Below are positions 1-13,196 of a stretch of 64,000 bases of DNA, one piece after another (the stretch's first letter is position 1; each line of letters begins with the position of its first letter). Below the pieces are notes generated by a model that saw only the letters and a list, made by a program, of their open reading frames with translations, ran no database searches and was not told where the DNA came from. Position numbers and translations under genes: made by a program. The DNA comes from Octopus bimaculoides (lineage: Eukaryota). The DNA is taken from contig NC_069003.1 of assembly GCF_001194135.2 (NCBI RefSeq), forward strand, positions 28,759,498-28,823,497, written 5' to 3'.

Positions 1-309
1 TTTTAAGCAAGCAGTAAGATTTTAAAAGATACATGGGAGTCTAAAAAACGATGATTGAAGAAAGTATGAAAAACTTAGAATACAGTGAGGCAAGTGTTCC
101 AGTTAATAAAGAGATTGTTGTCCAGAAATATCAATGGTACCTGCAAACCTCTCGGCAAAAAGGCTAACTAGAGTCTTACAATAAGTAACAAACACAAGAA
201 AACAAAAACCCAAAATATATTGGAAAATGCATGTCGGTGATATACAAAAACTCACTTAAGATTTGTATGTTTTCCATATGGAACGAGAATTTGAGATACA
301 AGAATCCGA

Positions 310-1178
310 TATGTATCATACAACTCTCAGACTAATTGTATTTAATAAAAAAAATTACTTATTTACCTAAGTTTAAGCATCATGTCTCTCGAAATAATCA
401 TATTGCGCAGTAATACATCGCTCTCAGCCTTCCTACTCCTTTTGGAATGCGACCTGGAAGTAATTTTACGTAGTCGAGTCGAGGACCTTCTGCGATTCGC
501 TGCGACTCGACAACGGTGTTAAAACGGCCACCTTTGCGCTGTGTTTTCATCTCGAGGAAGAGTTGGAAGTCCGCAAGTGGTAAATATGGGGAATATGACG
601 GGTGCGGAAGCGATAACATGTTTCTGTCGAGAAATTTACAAGTGAGGAGAGCTCAGTGACAGGGTGTATTGTAGTTGTGAAGAATGCAATTCTTCGCGCT
701 CCACACATCTGGTCGATATCATCGAATATTCTCTTTCAAAAGCTTCAAAACGTCGCTGTAGAACTCATGATTGACGGCCTGACCCTGAGGAATGAATTCG
801 TGTCGAAACTTTTAGCGGTTGTAAAAAACAAAAACGATGAGCATACTCTTGATTGAACTGCGGCTCTGTCGTGCGCCTGTTCAATTAAAAACATTGCGTA
901 CGACCCAGTGCTTCGTCACCGTAAGCTTGCAGAAGCATGCTCAATGTCTCTGTAGCAGACTTAACAAGTTTATCGTAAAATTCCACGAACATGACAAAAA
1001 TCGCAGACCAGACCACAACATACACCTAATCACCAAAACCCAAATTCTAAAACATGCGAAATAAATACAGCGATGTCACTCCGAATATTACCCCAGGAAG
1101 AGGACTACTATCTCTTACTGAACACGTAACGAGGTGGTGCTATCCGCTGGCGTGCTAAAGAGCTAGTCCGGGATATTT
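310..1178 (-). mobile_element. Mariner (Tc1/mariner) DNA transposon remnant, internally deleted, copy 1
   Basis: Minus-strand translation with stops: ..MLLQAYGDEALGRTQCF.. then SIKSMLIVFVFYNR*KFRHEFIPQGQAVNHEFYSDVLKLLKENIR*YRPDVWSAKNCILHNYNTPCH*ALLTCKFLDRNMLSLPHPSYSPYLPLADFQLFLEMK..FQVAFQKE*EG*ERCITAQYDYFE. This matches mariner motifs (HEF.PQGQTVN, HDNAP.H, HPPYSPDLAP.DF, GDYFE). Degenerate TIR-like CCCGGACTAG near both ends. Confidence 0.9.
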
Positions 1179-1390
1179 GTGTGTGTGTGTATGCGTGTGT
1201 GTGTGTGTGTGTGTGTGACAGTGTATATATATATATATATATATATATTTATGTAAGCATACGCAGGACACATGCACAAGTATGCAAATATTTGTCACTG
1301 TACAGGTATGCATATATACACATGCACACACACACACATATGTATACCATATATGTGTGTGTGTGTTTGTGTGTTTGTGTGTTTGTGTGT
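1177..1390. repeat. Compound (TG)n/(TA)n microsatellite
   Basis: Read directly; representative of dozens of similar tracts in the window. Confidence 0.95.
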
Positions 1391-2315
1391 TTGTGTGTTT
1401 GTGTGTGTGTGAAATTATAAATCACTTGCGTACGACGGGGAATTTTAGATACAGTCTTATAATCAAGTTGTTTAATGCAATCTTATTAAATGTCAATAAT
1501 ACAGACGAAACATATTAGATACATGAGAAAATCTCGAGAAAGGGAAAATTCCAGAGCCAGACAAATTCGTGACAGCGAAAAATATAATGCGAAATAACTT
1601 GGAATAGACTGTAGATATAATGGATTAATGAAACTAATATAAATGAGTAGACAATTTCAATAAGTTAATGATACGTCGCTGAGAATACACGAACAAAGAT
1701 GACATTTTTTACTAATACAACAAGAAATATGGTTGTGGTATTATCGGTTTAACTCTTCATGATTGTGTAAATGAACTTCCACGTGAAAAGTTATCCATCT
1801 TCACCTATTCTATTCAATGTATTAACCAAACTTATTTAAGTTACAATCCCTGTCATCTTAGAAATAAGACGGTTAACATTAAAAATGCACACAAACAAAC
1901 AGGCAAAGACAAACACGTATATAATTTATACGCGTATATAATTTAGTAGGATCAGTCGAGTGATCGTAGTAAAACGCAGTTTGTAAATCACTAGCGTAAA
2001 CAAATTTGAAAAGGAAATGGAAATCATTCGATAATTGGTCAATAAAATAAATCCATTTATCAATGCTTTAAATACATTAAGCTTCATGTCGCGATGAGAG
2101 AAAAAAATTCCAATAAGATGAAATGTGTTATTGAACTCTAATTCGAATGCAACAACCGTAGCTAATAGTACTGGAATAAAATCAGCAAATAAAACGGATG
2201 CAAGAGGTCGTTGAGTACAACGCTTGCTTCAAAGCACATCGTGTATATCTTACGTAATATTAGCTTCAATTTTTGAGTAAAGGCCAACAATTTCAGGGTA
2301 AGGGCAAAGGCAATT

Positions 2316-2430
2316 AAATCGACCACATTGTTCAGCTGGTACTTATTTTATCGACCTTGAAAGGATGAAAGGATAGGTAAGACCCCAGTGGCATAGAGAC
2401 GGACGAAATGTCGCTAAACATTTTAACCAA
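2316..2430 (-). mobile_element. SINE-C fragment
   Basis: CTGGTACTTATTTTATCGACCTTGAAAGGATGAAAGG..GACGGACGAAATGTCGCTAAACATTTT matches the reverse complement of the copies at 24371-25037. Confidence 0.75.
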
Positions 2431-2606
2431 AATGTCGTATGTACTTCAGGAAAAGTAGCCCCTCTTTTACGGTACTTTAGCGATATTAAATAAGATACAA
2501 TAGATGTGCCTTTAAAACATCGGTTGGGATCGTCGACCACTTCCATCCCTTTTATTTGCATATTTATATGTATGTGCATATACGTATATGTATTTATGAA
2601 TATGTG

Positions 2607-2654
<48 letters not shown>

Positions 2655-2721
2655 TACNNNNNNNNNNNNNNNNNNNNNNNNNNNNNNNNNNNNNNNNNNN
2701 NNNNNNNNNNNNNNNATATAT

Positions 2722-2773
2722 ATATGACGTACGCTTCCATAGTATTTCCATTTACCAAATCCACTCACATGGC
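2722..2773 (-). mobile_element. SINE-D head fragment next to its internal microsatellite
   Basis: TATGACGTACGCTTCCATAGTATTTCCATTTACCAAATCCACTCACATGGC aligns with 18551-18605 and with the reverse complement of 43722-43770. Confidence 0.65.
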
Positions 2774-3854
2774 GAAGAGCAAAATAAACCAAAAGTCTAA
2801 CAATACATGTTAGACATTTTGAATAAGAAAAGAGTGATAATTTCAACAAATTTAGAAAGGATTAGCTTGCTCGCTATTATAAAGCAATGCATAAGAAAGT
2901 TAAAAAAATATCAGTTATTATCTTCGTAATGGAGGCGAAGTATAGCTATGGCGTATCTGGTCTCGCTTTCACGTCGCAATAGCTTGGCATTTTCCTATTC
3001 GAACATATGCAGAAAGAACCTATTTAACCACCTGTAATTTGTATATAAGCTAAGCAGGAACCAACAGATTCGATGGGGATTATAATCAATATCGTTCCTG
3101 ATAAATTATTAATTTAGTAATGTTTTCCTTACGTGGATTGGAATAGAAAAGTATGGCCATAATTCTTAACAACGAATTAATCTAAAGTACATAAATGACC
3201 TGAAGATAAAGCGCTTAGAAACAAAGACGCACACGCACAAAAACACATATCCACACAGACACACACATCCTCACAGACACACACATTCACACAGTCATAC
3301 ACATCTATACAGACACATATCTTCGCAGACACACACATCCACATGCAAAAACACATAGCTGATGCAAACTTTGCTTTGGTAAAGAAGGTGAGGTATGGAG
3401 GCGTTTCGCTCGAGATTTCGTTATAAAAGATGTCCATGGTCAAACAGTTCAACATATATATTTAAATACTACCACAAATATGGTGGAATGATAATAAGCA
3501 TCAAATAATAAGATGCTTTGAAGAGAAATTCATATTACCGAGTATTTCATTAGATTACTTTATTTCCAAAAATATTTTATTTTATTCCCGTTTTTACTGA
3601 GAAAATTAATCCATTAGCCCAGCATAACTTTGTCTGCAATACTTTCTAACTCTTTATTCACATAGCAATAAATATCCACACATACACTCACATAAAACAC
3701 ACATATACATATACGCATCTAGCCATTAATCTGTGAAACAAAACACAAAAACTAAACAATACGAAATATAACAGTTGCTTTCTATTAACAACTTATGCGT
3801 AGAAACAACTAAGGAGATTCTACTACAAGTTGATGACTTTAAACATAATATAAA

Positions 3855-3893
<39 letters not shown>

Positions 3894-3925
3894 CTCCTGT
3901 TTCGTTATCCCTTGATCACTTATAA

Positions 3926-3957
<32 letters not shown>

Positions 3958-3992
3958 GTATATATATATATATATTCATATATATATATATA

Positions 3993-4228
3993 AGCGTGGC
4001 TTAGTGGTTAGAGTGTCAGCACCATGATCGTAAGATTGTGGTTTCGATTCCTGGACCGGGCGACGCGTTGTGTTCTTGAGCAAAACACTTCATTTCACGT
4101 TGCTCCAGTCCACTCAGCTGGCAAAAATGAGTAACGCTGCGATGGACTGCCGTCGCGTCCAGCTGGGGAACATATACGCCATTGAAGCCGGGAAACAGGG
4201 CCCATGAGCTTGGCTAGGCTTTGAAAGG
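3993..4228 (+). mobile_element. SINE-A: tRNA-derived head, CORE-like block and Meta/V-like 3' block
   Basis: A box (TGGCTTAGTGGTTAG) and B box (GGTTTCGATTCC), then GTGTTCTTGAGCAAAACACTTCATTTCACGTTGCTCCAGTCCACTCAGCTGGCAAAAATGAGTA (also at 40680-40750, minus strand), then GCTGCGATGGACTG..GTCCAG. Domain names are from memory of SINE superfamily consensus sequences. Confidence 0.8.
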
Positions 4229-4244
4229 TAGTAGGATCTCAACT

Positions 4245-4425
4245 GCAGAATGAAGAGCAATTGTAACAGCTCAGAGAAGCAGCTTTCAATTATGATCCAG
4301 CAGATCATTATGCCGATGACACTAAAATTTCCATTGGTGCCATGACAACTGAGTGCATACATTGTAAAGCAAGGAAGTGGCCTGGAGAAACACCTTATAT
4401 ATATTTGCGGTGGCAAAGTTGATAA
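4245..4425 (+). mobile_element. Helitron Rep/helicase N-terminal fragment (decayed)
   Basis: LREAAFNYDPADHYADDTKISIGAMTTECIHCKARKWPGETP, then a frameshift to CGGKV. Resembles the AF.YDP..IG.M...C..C.A.K...E.P..CC..GKV zinc-finger region of animal Helitrons. Confidence 0.75.
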
Positions 4426-7369
4426 TGTGCATAGTGAACACAACAGCCACTACCTTGCTCTTTCAGCAACAAGATATAGCCACTCAGTATCCCTAAAATA
4501 GCACCATGACTTGTTCGAAAAAGAAGCAAGATATTGAGTATATCAGTGCCTATTCAAATAAAAAAACACGATATGCCTCCGGATCATAACACATCTTTGG
4601 AAATATATTTTAGGATAACGATTGCATTCGCGCGACATGCTATTCTATAGGTACATATTGTGTTGATATACATTGTTTTTCATACTACATACAATCCATT
4701 AGATAAATCTCAATGAACTTATATGCCTTCACAGTTGCTATGAACCTATTCTTGTTTCGATGACGTCAACACATAGGAGAAATATATACACTCTTTGAGT
4801 TTGTATAAACTGACGCTGCCTTAGAAATTCATATTAAATGCTACTGATTAATGGTAATGTTAATTCTTACAATATAACCAAGCAGTATTTGCCAATTGCG
4901 CTTTAAGTATTGTATTCTGCAGTTTGATTTTATGAGACAATAACTAAGACATACACAACGTTTAAACGCTGCATATCAAAACCTCCGGTAAAACAAATGT
5001 TGTAATTAGGTTAATATTGAAGCGTGGATCGCAGAGACCGCTTTAATTGTTGCTCAGGCCAGCTTCTACGTATTAAAAGCATTTGATTACAGGGGAACCT
5101 ACAAGAAATAGCTAAATCTTTTTCTAAATAGTAATGCAATCACGCATTCTATAATGTAGTTTTTAATGCGCTGTGTCTGAAATTACAGCCATAATCAATA
5201 TACAAGTTAAGGGTTCGTAGCCCTATAGATGTATAACTAATTTTACATGCAAAATTCTAAATGTTATAGAAGAATACGTTTATGCTTTTGCTAAACATTT
5301 ACGAATAAAAATAGACTTTTGATTGCAAAATATTCTGAGTCTATAAATCTGAGAGAAACAATGGAAGACAGTGAGCCGGTTTTCTTACATTGTTGTAGAT
5401 TTTATAGGTCAAATATGCTTGACAGCAAAACCTAAATGTTTCCAAAGATATTTATATATATATGTGAATAATAACCTTCCATATTTTATGTTATTATTCG
5501 CCTGAAACTGGATATTCACTTTCTATGAATTGGTCGTATCTTGTATCGCTAATATTAATGAGTCCTACGAAATGTAGTTTTGGCGAAGGAATATGGCACC
5601 ACATTGAAACATGACCTAAATAAACCGAACGCATCTTAGACTATCGATTTTGTTTCAGAAATCAAGCCTAAGATTCTTTACAAGATGTTTTTCTTATTAT
5701 TCTTGTGAGATTTCCATTACATTAAATTGTAGAAATATAATGTAGAAACATCACAGTGTCTTGGTGAATGAAGTTTGCTTCACACCGTGGGTTTCAGTTC
5801 GATCCTAGTGTCTAGTTCTTTGACATTCATGTGAACTCTGCCGTAGGTTTCTACAAATGCAATATAGAGGCAATATAGTAGAAAAAAATGAGTTGAAGCA
5901 TGTCCATCTGTGATATTCTGCTAAACAAAACATTTATGTAGAATTTCATCACCACTTCCTTTAATAACTGCAGTCCATTCTTGTGTAAATACCTGGGGTA
6001 CACTTCCGTCATAATCAAGTTTTAGAATTGGAGATTAGTAAATCTTCCGTAAAGTTATCTAATTTTGTATATTATAATGTATCGCTGTAATATCATACTT
6101 TGCAATGTCGATAGAAATTTGAAATATTATTCTAACCTTTTTAAGCAGCTGGGTTGGCCGTGATCCAGTGCATTGCTTTAGTTGTCGCCATAACTACAGT
6201 TTAATTACTCGATTTGAACCATTAGGCTATCTACTATAGTATATATTTCAAGATGTTAGAAAAACAATAATTTACGAATTTCCAATTGGATTCTGCAACA
6301 ACGGAATGGAAGCCGATTGTAATAACCGAAGAAATGAACGAATTCACAATTCAAACATCCTCTTAAATCTTCGTTTACTAATTAATTTCCTTTAAACTCT
6401 TCTAGATAGCGCCGGTTATATTTCATATGTGAATATTTAAACACTCCCATATTTGGCCACTGAGATCTACACATTTTGCAATATGCAACGTATTATCCTA
6501 ATGTTTAAAATGAAACATTTATGATGCTGATTACGACTTTCGATTTTCGATTATTAACAATGATAGGTATGCAGCATGACATTTCAGCGATCAGCGGCAT
6601 AGAGCTGCAGCTTTGAAGGACAATAAAACCAGCGATATAGCAACTCATAAAATATAAACGTTTCCCATGAATATAACCATTACTGAGTGTGTAACCTCAG
6701 ACTACAAGTGCACGTTAGAGAGACGGTCAGTAGATACATAATTAGTGAGTGGTAAAGAGCTTAGCACCGCAATTACGATATTTAGTGCTCGATCTCAGTA
6801 TGTGGTATGTTTTGGCTGATATTTCATTGGTTTGGTTTCTTTAGAGTCAGAGGTTTGTTCCTGGACTTCAGAAGCTCATCCGACTAGAATTTCTTACTTG
6901 ATATAATATTTGTGGGTGGGTGCCGAAAAAGCAAGTGATATGGAAAAAAATTCCAGAGAGATACATTGAAGAAGAAAGATTGTTCATTGTAGGTTTCTGG
7001 GGATGGAAATGATATGAAAAAAAAAAAAATTCAGGGAGACATATCCGAAGAGACAGAGTAAAGGTACCACGACCTAAAGATCTTTGTGAAGCAGAATCTA
7101 CTAGTTTAGACGCAGAATGTTCTATTATAGTTCCACGACATCCCAAAACGTGCAGATGATATTATGAAGAAGCCTATTAGACAAGTAGTTCCTCTTCTTT
7201 TGATGCTATATGTAATACTTTGCTCGATTTAACTCTTCCCCACTGTCCTGCTGGTACAAGCATACGGGTCAAATCTCAATGTGTGTGTACATACACACAC
7301 ACACACACACACACACGTACACACGCACGCACCCACCCACAAACAAACACTCCCCACACACATATATAC

Positions 7370-7478
7370 ACGACAGACTTTAATTGAGTTTCCGTCAACT
7401 GAATACACCCACACAGCATGTGTCGACCCGGCGTTATAGTTGAAGACATTTGCCGAATGTGCCACGCTGTAGGAATGA
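7370..7478 (-). mobile_element. SINE-D head (old, divergent)
   Basis: TATACACGACAGACTT..GTTTCCGTC..GTCGACCCGGCGTTATAGTTGAAGACATTTGCCGAATGTGCCACGC aligns with 18551-18655; preceded by a (CA)n tract. Confidence 0.7.
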
Positions 7479-8447
7479 GCAGAAGACCAAATATTTGCAA
7501 AGTGAGCTTCTTAGCAATACCGTCTTGCTTGCATCAAAACCTACATATGTATATATATTTGAATTACACTGTTCAACATGATGGACTTACAAATATAATG
7601 TAATTTTATAAATAATGTTTTTAGTTTTCATTTCAGAATATAATATGATGCAATATATTGCGATTATATTTATTCATCTGATAACTCTCAAACAAGTAAC
7701 GACGTTTATATATAATACAGGCTCTCGGCGATGTGCTTTTACGGAAACAACCTGATATTTTGATTGCTGTGTTTCGTCCGGAGTGGTTTATTCAATTCCC
7801 ATTCCCTTTGGTTGTATCGATTTTAGAGGGTGAAATGCTACTTGGTTATCCCGGCGGAAAACAAGAATGCATTCAAGTATGAAAACCTAACCTGAGATAT
7901 GATAATTTTCGTACGAAAAGTATTCGTATGAACGAACGTGAGCTACGCTAATGTAAATAACGCTAACAGGCGTACACTGGGAATTCATAACATTGGCAAT
8001 TGTATTCACATTGAACTTTATTTGAATGCTATTTAATTTAAACAATGACATCAGTTGTACCCTGACAGTTCTTAATATTGGTGTATGTATTCGGCCCGAG
8101 GCAGAGAGGGGAAGTATTTTATAAACTTAAAGAAAGTTTGTCGTCTTTGTTTTATTTGATATATACTGGGAAACATTCTAAATCGGTTATGTAAAAGTCA
8201 GTTAACTAATATTAATTTTTGGCCGAATTCTAGAAATGAGACAAAATTTTGGAGCAAAAGTAATTGAGCCATTTTAAATCGATAGACATATGTTTCAATA
8301 GTGCTTTGCGCGTTATTTATGTGTTAACCCACTTTTGATTACCTCGATTACCAGTCATGATTTCGATTACCAGTCACGGTTTGCTTGTTGTGTGATCGCT
8401 GGTCGCGTCTTTTTATGTCAGGTATATATTATACTTTAGCTCCAATA

Positions 8448-8752
8448 CGAACATTTCAGATCATTTGGGTGTCAAGCTAAGGACAGTGCAAAGGACTCGA
8501 AAAGAGTTGGATGCATCTAATGGTGATAAAGAAGGTACAGCAGCTGGAAAACTTCATGCTGATCATTCTGATAAGGAAAAAAAACAAACTCCAGGCCATG
8601 ATTGCTAACGATTCTTCGAAGTCAGCCAGGTCCATCGCCAGGGGCATGCATGTGAATCTCTGAGTTTCTTAGTGCATGAAGACATTCGGTATTCCTCATA
8701 CAAGTTGAAAAAGGGCCAATTTTTATCCCGAGTCATCAAGGACAAGATGAAT
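8448..8752 (+). mobile_element. Tc1/mariner (maT-like) transposase N-terminal fragment
   Basis: NISDHLGVKLRTVQRTRKELDASNGDKEGTAAGKLHADHSDKEK..LQAMIANDSSKSARSIARGM..VHEDIRYSSYKLKKGQFLSRVIKDKM: paired HTH-type region of maT/mariner-like transposases. A 14-bp direct repeat (TCGATTACCAGTCA x2) lies just upstream at about 8345-8382. Confidence 0.75.
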
Positions 8753-9743
8753 AACGTTTCAAATAATGATACAGTGCTACTATTATATTTTTTGTAATTT
8801 TCATGCTTCATTCAAAATTAGGATTGCTTTTTTGAAACAGTCTGGAAAACGCGAGTCAATTCATTAAAGATTTTTGTACGGCATCACTCGCTAAACTGAC
8901 TGTATCTAATGAGGAGTCTCTTGATGCTAGTCTCAACATTGACATTGAATGATTTCTGAATATTTCCTGAATCCCTAATTAATTAATCTTTCAGTAAAAA
9001 CAGAAAGAAAAGAGAAACAAAGAAAATTTCTTAAAATGCATAGAGTTTTACAAGAAATCCTTTATATTTACGGTGCGAAAGATTATCTTATGAAGATAAT
9101 AACTTTTTGAAATCATGATCAACTGTTGTATAAGAAGAACGGATGCACAATGGAAAATTTTACTGAAAAATGAAAGAAGCTTGGGTGGTCACAGTTGAAA
9201 TAACTTTCAGGTTGGTTACAGTTGGAAAGACTTTCTGCTCGACCAGGAACAAGGCATGAACTAGTAGACCTAGAATAATTTCATTTCGAAGAGAATGTTT
9301 TGAAGTATCAGTTTCTGCGACTTTTGAAGAGAATAATACTTTCCAGTAAATCTCTAAATTAACGCGAGCACTGAGGACAGCTTCTTTTGTTACTCTTGAC
9401 TAGAGAAGATATATGTGAGATATGTCAATAATTTTAACAACAGATGACCAGTATATCGCATGTTTCGTTACAAGCATGACCAACGAATAAATGATGTATA
9501 TGTAAACAAGAATTCAATTGAATACAAACCGTTTGTGTTGAGATACACGAACACCAAAAGAAGTAGTGGTACGCTTTGATATATTCTGGGTTGATATTGT
9601 CAGATGTTATTGATTCGCAAAGGCAAACCTTACAGCTTTCTCATTTCCATTCAATAGCCTAATACAAGTAGGACTAATTAGCCGAAGAGAATTTCCAATA
9701 TGCCTTTTATCTTTGTAACTATGCATGTATACATCAGTGTATG

Positions 9744-9774
<31 letters not shown>

Positions 9775-10262
9775 NNNNNNNNNNNNNNNNNNNNNNNNNN
9801 NNNNNNNNNNNNNNNNNNNNNNNNNNNNNNNNNNNNNNNNNNNNNNNNNNNNNNNNNNNNNNNNNNNNNNNNNNNNNNNNNNNNNNNNNNNNNNNNNNNN
9901 NNNNNNNNNNNNNNNNNNNNNNNNNNNNNNNNNNNNNNNNNNNNNNNNNNNNNNNNNNNNNNNNNNNNNNNNNNNNNNNNNNNNNNNNNNNNNNNNNNNN
10001 NNNNNNNNNNNNNNNNNNNNNNNNNNNNNNNNNNNNNNNNNNNNNNNNNNNNNNNNNNNNNNNNNNNNNNNNNNNNNNNNNNNNNNNNNNNNNNNNNNNN
10101 NNNNNNNNNNNNNNNNNNNNNNNNNNNNNNNNNNNNNNNNNNNNNNNNNNNNNNNNNNNNNNNNNNNNNNNNNNNNNNNNNNNNNNNNNNNNNNNNNNNN
10201 NNNNNNNNNNNNNNNNNNNNNNNNNNNNNNNNNNNNNNNNNNNNNNNNNNNNNNNNNNNNNN

Positions 10263-10415
10263 CCCAGCGAGTCAATGATTCTGCCAGCTCCCCGCCGTTA
10301 TAATAATAAAAATAGTAATCCTTTCTACTATAGGCACAAGCCTTGAAATTTGGGGAAGGACAGTTGATTACATCGACCCCAGTAGTCGAAGGGTCTTCTT
10401 TTCCTCGACCCCGAA
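10263..10415 (-). mobile_element. SINE-C pieces (head remnant and tail)
   Basis: GATTCTGCCAGCTCCCCGCC (head end) and TTCTACTATAGGCACAAG..GTTGATTACATCGACCCCAG..CTCGACCCCGAAAG (tail). Confidence 0.75.
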
Positions 10416-10550
10416 AGCACTCCACAGACAAGTATACACTTAACGTAGTTCTCGGGGAGATTCAGTGTGACACAAGGCTGGCCCTTTTGAAATACAGATA
10501 CAACAGAAACAGGAAGAAAGTGTGAGAGAAAGTTGTGGTGAAAGAGTACA
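10416..10550 (-). mobile_element. SINE-B internal/tail fragment fused to SINE-C
   Basis: GCACTCCACAGACAAGTATACACTTAACGTAGTTCTCGGGGAGATTCAG..AACAGAAACAGGAAG..GAGAAAGTTGTGGTGAAAGAGTACA matches 36160-36285. Confidence 0.85.
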
Positions 10551-10574
10551 TATATATGTATGTATGTATGTATG

Positions 10575-10641
<67 letters not shown>

Positions 10642-11074
10642 ATATANNNNNNNNNNNNNNNNNNNNNNNNNNNNNNNNNNNNNNNNNNNNNNNNNNNNNN
10701 NNNNNNNNNNNNNNNNNNNNNNNNNNNNNNNNNNNNNNNNNNNNNNNNNNNNNNNNNNNNNNNNNNNNNNNNNNNNNNNNNNNNNNNNNNNNNNNNNNNN
10801 NNNNNNNNNNNNNNNNNNNNNNNNNNNNNNNNNNNNNNNNNNNNNNNNNNNNNNNNNNNNNNNNNNNNNNNNNNNNNNNNNNNNNNNNNNNNNNNNNNNN
10901 NNNNNNNNNNNNNNNNNNNNNNNNNNNNNNNNNNNNNNNNNNNNNNNNNNNNNNNNNNNNNNNNNNNNNNNNNNNNNNNNNNNNNNNNNNNNNNNNNNNN
11001 NNNNATCCAAGGGGGAGGAAGAATACATAAAAATCCATCTTGACATAGCCAAGTCTATATATATAAATCTAAAC

Positions 11075-11116
<42 letters not shown>

Positions 11117-11135
11117 TCCCCCACGCGCACATGCA

Positions 11136-11166
<31 letters not shown>

Positions 11167-11569
11167 CAATGTGATGAATGTTGTTTGCAACACTGCTGAT
11201 GTGAAGTCCTGTTTTGAACGAGCTTTTCTTTTATCTTGAGAAGATGGTTTTGTCAATAAGACATACATCCACTTATTTTATTTTATAGTTTGTTTTATTA
11301 GCAAACTGCACGTTGAAATTACTTTATCGGAAATTTTAAATCCGAAGACCTCCAGTATCCGCAAAACCTTTCATGCTGACATGACATGCCACAAATGGGA
11401 GAGTTCAGAACAGGTCATGTATTGTTATGACACGTAACCTCTCCTACCCTAGCTTCTGCTTCCTGGGATTCAGTGAGATGGCCGAATAGGGGCAGTTCGT
11501 TTTCAGTAGTCGTCACAGTAAAACATTCACTTGCTACTCATTGTGATTACGCTTGTTTTTGGCCTGTAG

Positions 11570-11648
11570 TTTGAAGATATTGTTGAAAATGTCGAAAACA
11601 CACGGAGATTCACCTATGCATAAAATTGGAAAGGAAAAGATGAGGCAT
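11570..11648 (+). CDS. Candidate exon 1 of putative multi-exon gene (LKILLKMSKTHGDSPMHKIGKEKMRH)
   Basis: Acceptor CTTGTTTTTGGCCTGTAG| and donor CAT|GTAATG. Only one frame is open, and it is phase-compatible with 13331. Not validated. Confidence 0.3.
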
Positions 11649-11689
11649 GTAATGATGACATGATATCTGCCGTTCATGACATGTTGAGG

Positions 11690-11853
11690 AACTGCATGAA
11701 AGCCTCCTCAAAAATGAGATCTAAACATTGCAATACCTATGGAAGTAGTGTGTTCACTGCTAGGGGGACTATGTTGAAAAAAAAAAAACCTCATTTGCTC
11801 ACATTCCATGAAAATATCTTGACACCCAATGATCTTTTTAACCGACCCTTGTA
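11690..11853 (+). mobile_element. Mariner 3' end with TIR (second mariner family)
   Basis: W K * C V H C * G D Y V E K (mariner C-terminal WxKCVxxxGDYVE), followed by TIR-like CAATGATCTTTTTAACCGACCCTTG and TA. Confidence 0.7.
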
Positions 11854-12817
11854 TATACGTATATATATAAAGCATACAACTGTGTAATGCATCAGGTAAA
11901 TGTGACTGCTTATACGTGCTTCTAAATATATTCATAAGTGCAAGGAAACTTAATATTTAATATTTTTCAAACATTTGACAACGAGGAGTTGTTCGGTACT
12001 CTCACTTACCATACTCTAAGATGGCGTTATATATCAAAGGATTTCTTTCCTCGTTTTAAGAGTATAAAAAAGAAAGTGTAGATACTCATTCAATATGTAC
12101 GTATTTTTAAAGGAAGTAAAATATTTGAGATCTACAACACATATATATCTGTGTCAATATTTATATCAACGCATTTATATTATATATAATATATGTTTAT
12201 TATTGAAAATGTAAATATGTATATATATATATATATATGTAAATACGCAGTAAAGAAGAATTTATAAACATGGAAAACTTTTGTCTGTTTACCTTGCTTC
12301 TTTCGCTGTATTTCCCTTGCTCTCATTTCAATATCTCTATATCTTTCGTTATTTCTCTCCCACTCCGTACAAATGCGTATATGTATGCATGCATATATAT
12401 NNNNNNNNNNNNNNNNNNNNNNNNNNNNNNNNNNNNNNNNNNNNNNNNNNNNNNNNNNNNNNNNNNNNNNNNNNNNNNNNNNNNNNNNNNNNNNNNNNNN
12501 NNNNNNNNNNNNNNNNNNNNNNNNNNNNNNNNNNNNNNNNNNNNNNNNNNNNNNNNNNNNNNNNNNNNNNNNNNNNNNNNNNNNNNNNNNNNNNNNNNNN
12601 NNNNNNNNNNNNNNNNNNNNNNNNNNNNNNNNNNNNNNNNNNNNNNNNNNNNNNNNNNNNNNNNNNNNNNNNNNNNNNNNNNNNNNNNNNNNNNNNNNNN
12701 NNNNNNNNNNNNNNNNNNNNNNNNNNNNNNNNNNNNNNNNNNNNNNNNNNNNNNNNNNNNNNNNNNNNNNNNNNNNNNNNNNNNNNNNNNNNNNNNNNNN
12801 NNNNNNNNNNNNNNNNN

Positions 12818-12852
<35 letters not shown>

Positions 12853-12957
12853 CATCAATATATATGCATATATATGTATTATATATATATACATATATAA
12901 ACATATGCACATTATATATAATTATATAAGTGCATATATATGTGTGTGTGTGTGTGC

Positions 12958-12994
<37 letters not shown>

Positions 12995-13196
12995 TGTGTG
13001 TGTGTGTGTGTGTGCGTGTGTGTGTGTATGTGTGTGTGTGTGTGTGTGTGCATATCTATGTCTGCATATGTATGTATACATATCATTACAGGGAAATAGA
13101 AAGCAGGAAAGAATGAGCGATAAACATAAACTTCATGCTTATATTCAATTTCGAAAACACATTGCACGAAAAATTTTAAATAAATATTTACCATCT

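Noticed and set aside
3198-3235. CTGAAGA-TAAAGCGCTTA-GAAAC hammerhead-like core
   Set aside because: No NUH triplet or helix III, and no helix I pairing; compatible with chance.
3993-4070. SINE heads as functional tRNA genes (also 36365-36435 and 14995-15060)
   Set aside because: A/B boxes are present but they run into SINE bodies, lack a proper acceptor stem and have no Pol III terminator.
7637-7695. Possible first coding exon MMQYIAIIFIHLITLKQ (signal-peptide-like)
   Set aside because: Plausible splice sites, but it cannot be chained with the 11570 candidate and AT-rich DNA yields such peptides often; insufficient support.
12010-12049. Minus-strand ERNPLIYNAILEY with GTAAGT donor, resembling a BTB/T1 DRNP..F..IL.Y motif
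   Set aside because: Weak acceptor, in-frame stop just upstream, and no other BTB exons found.
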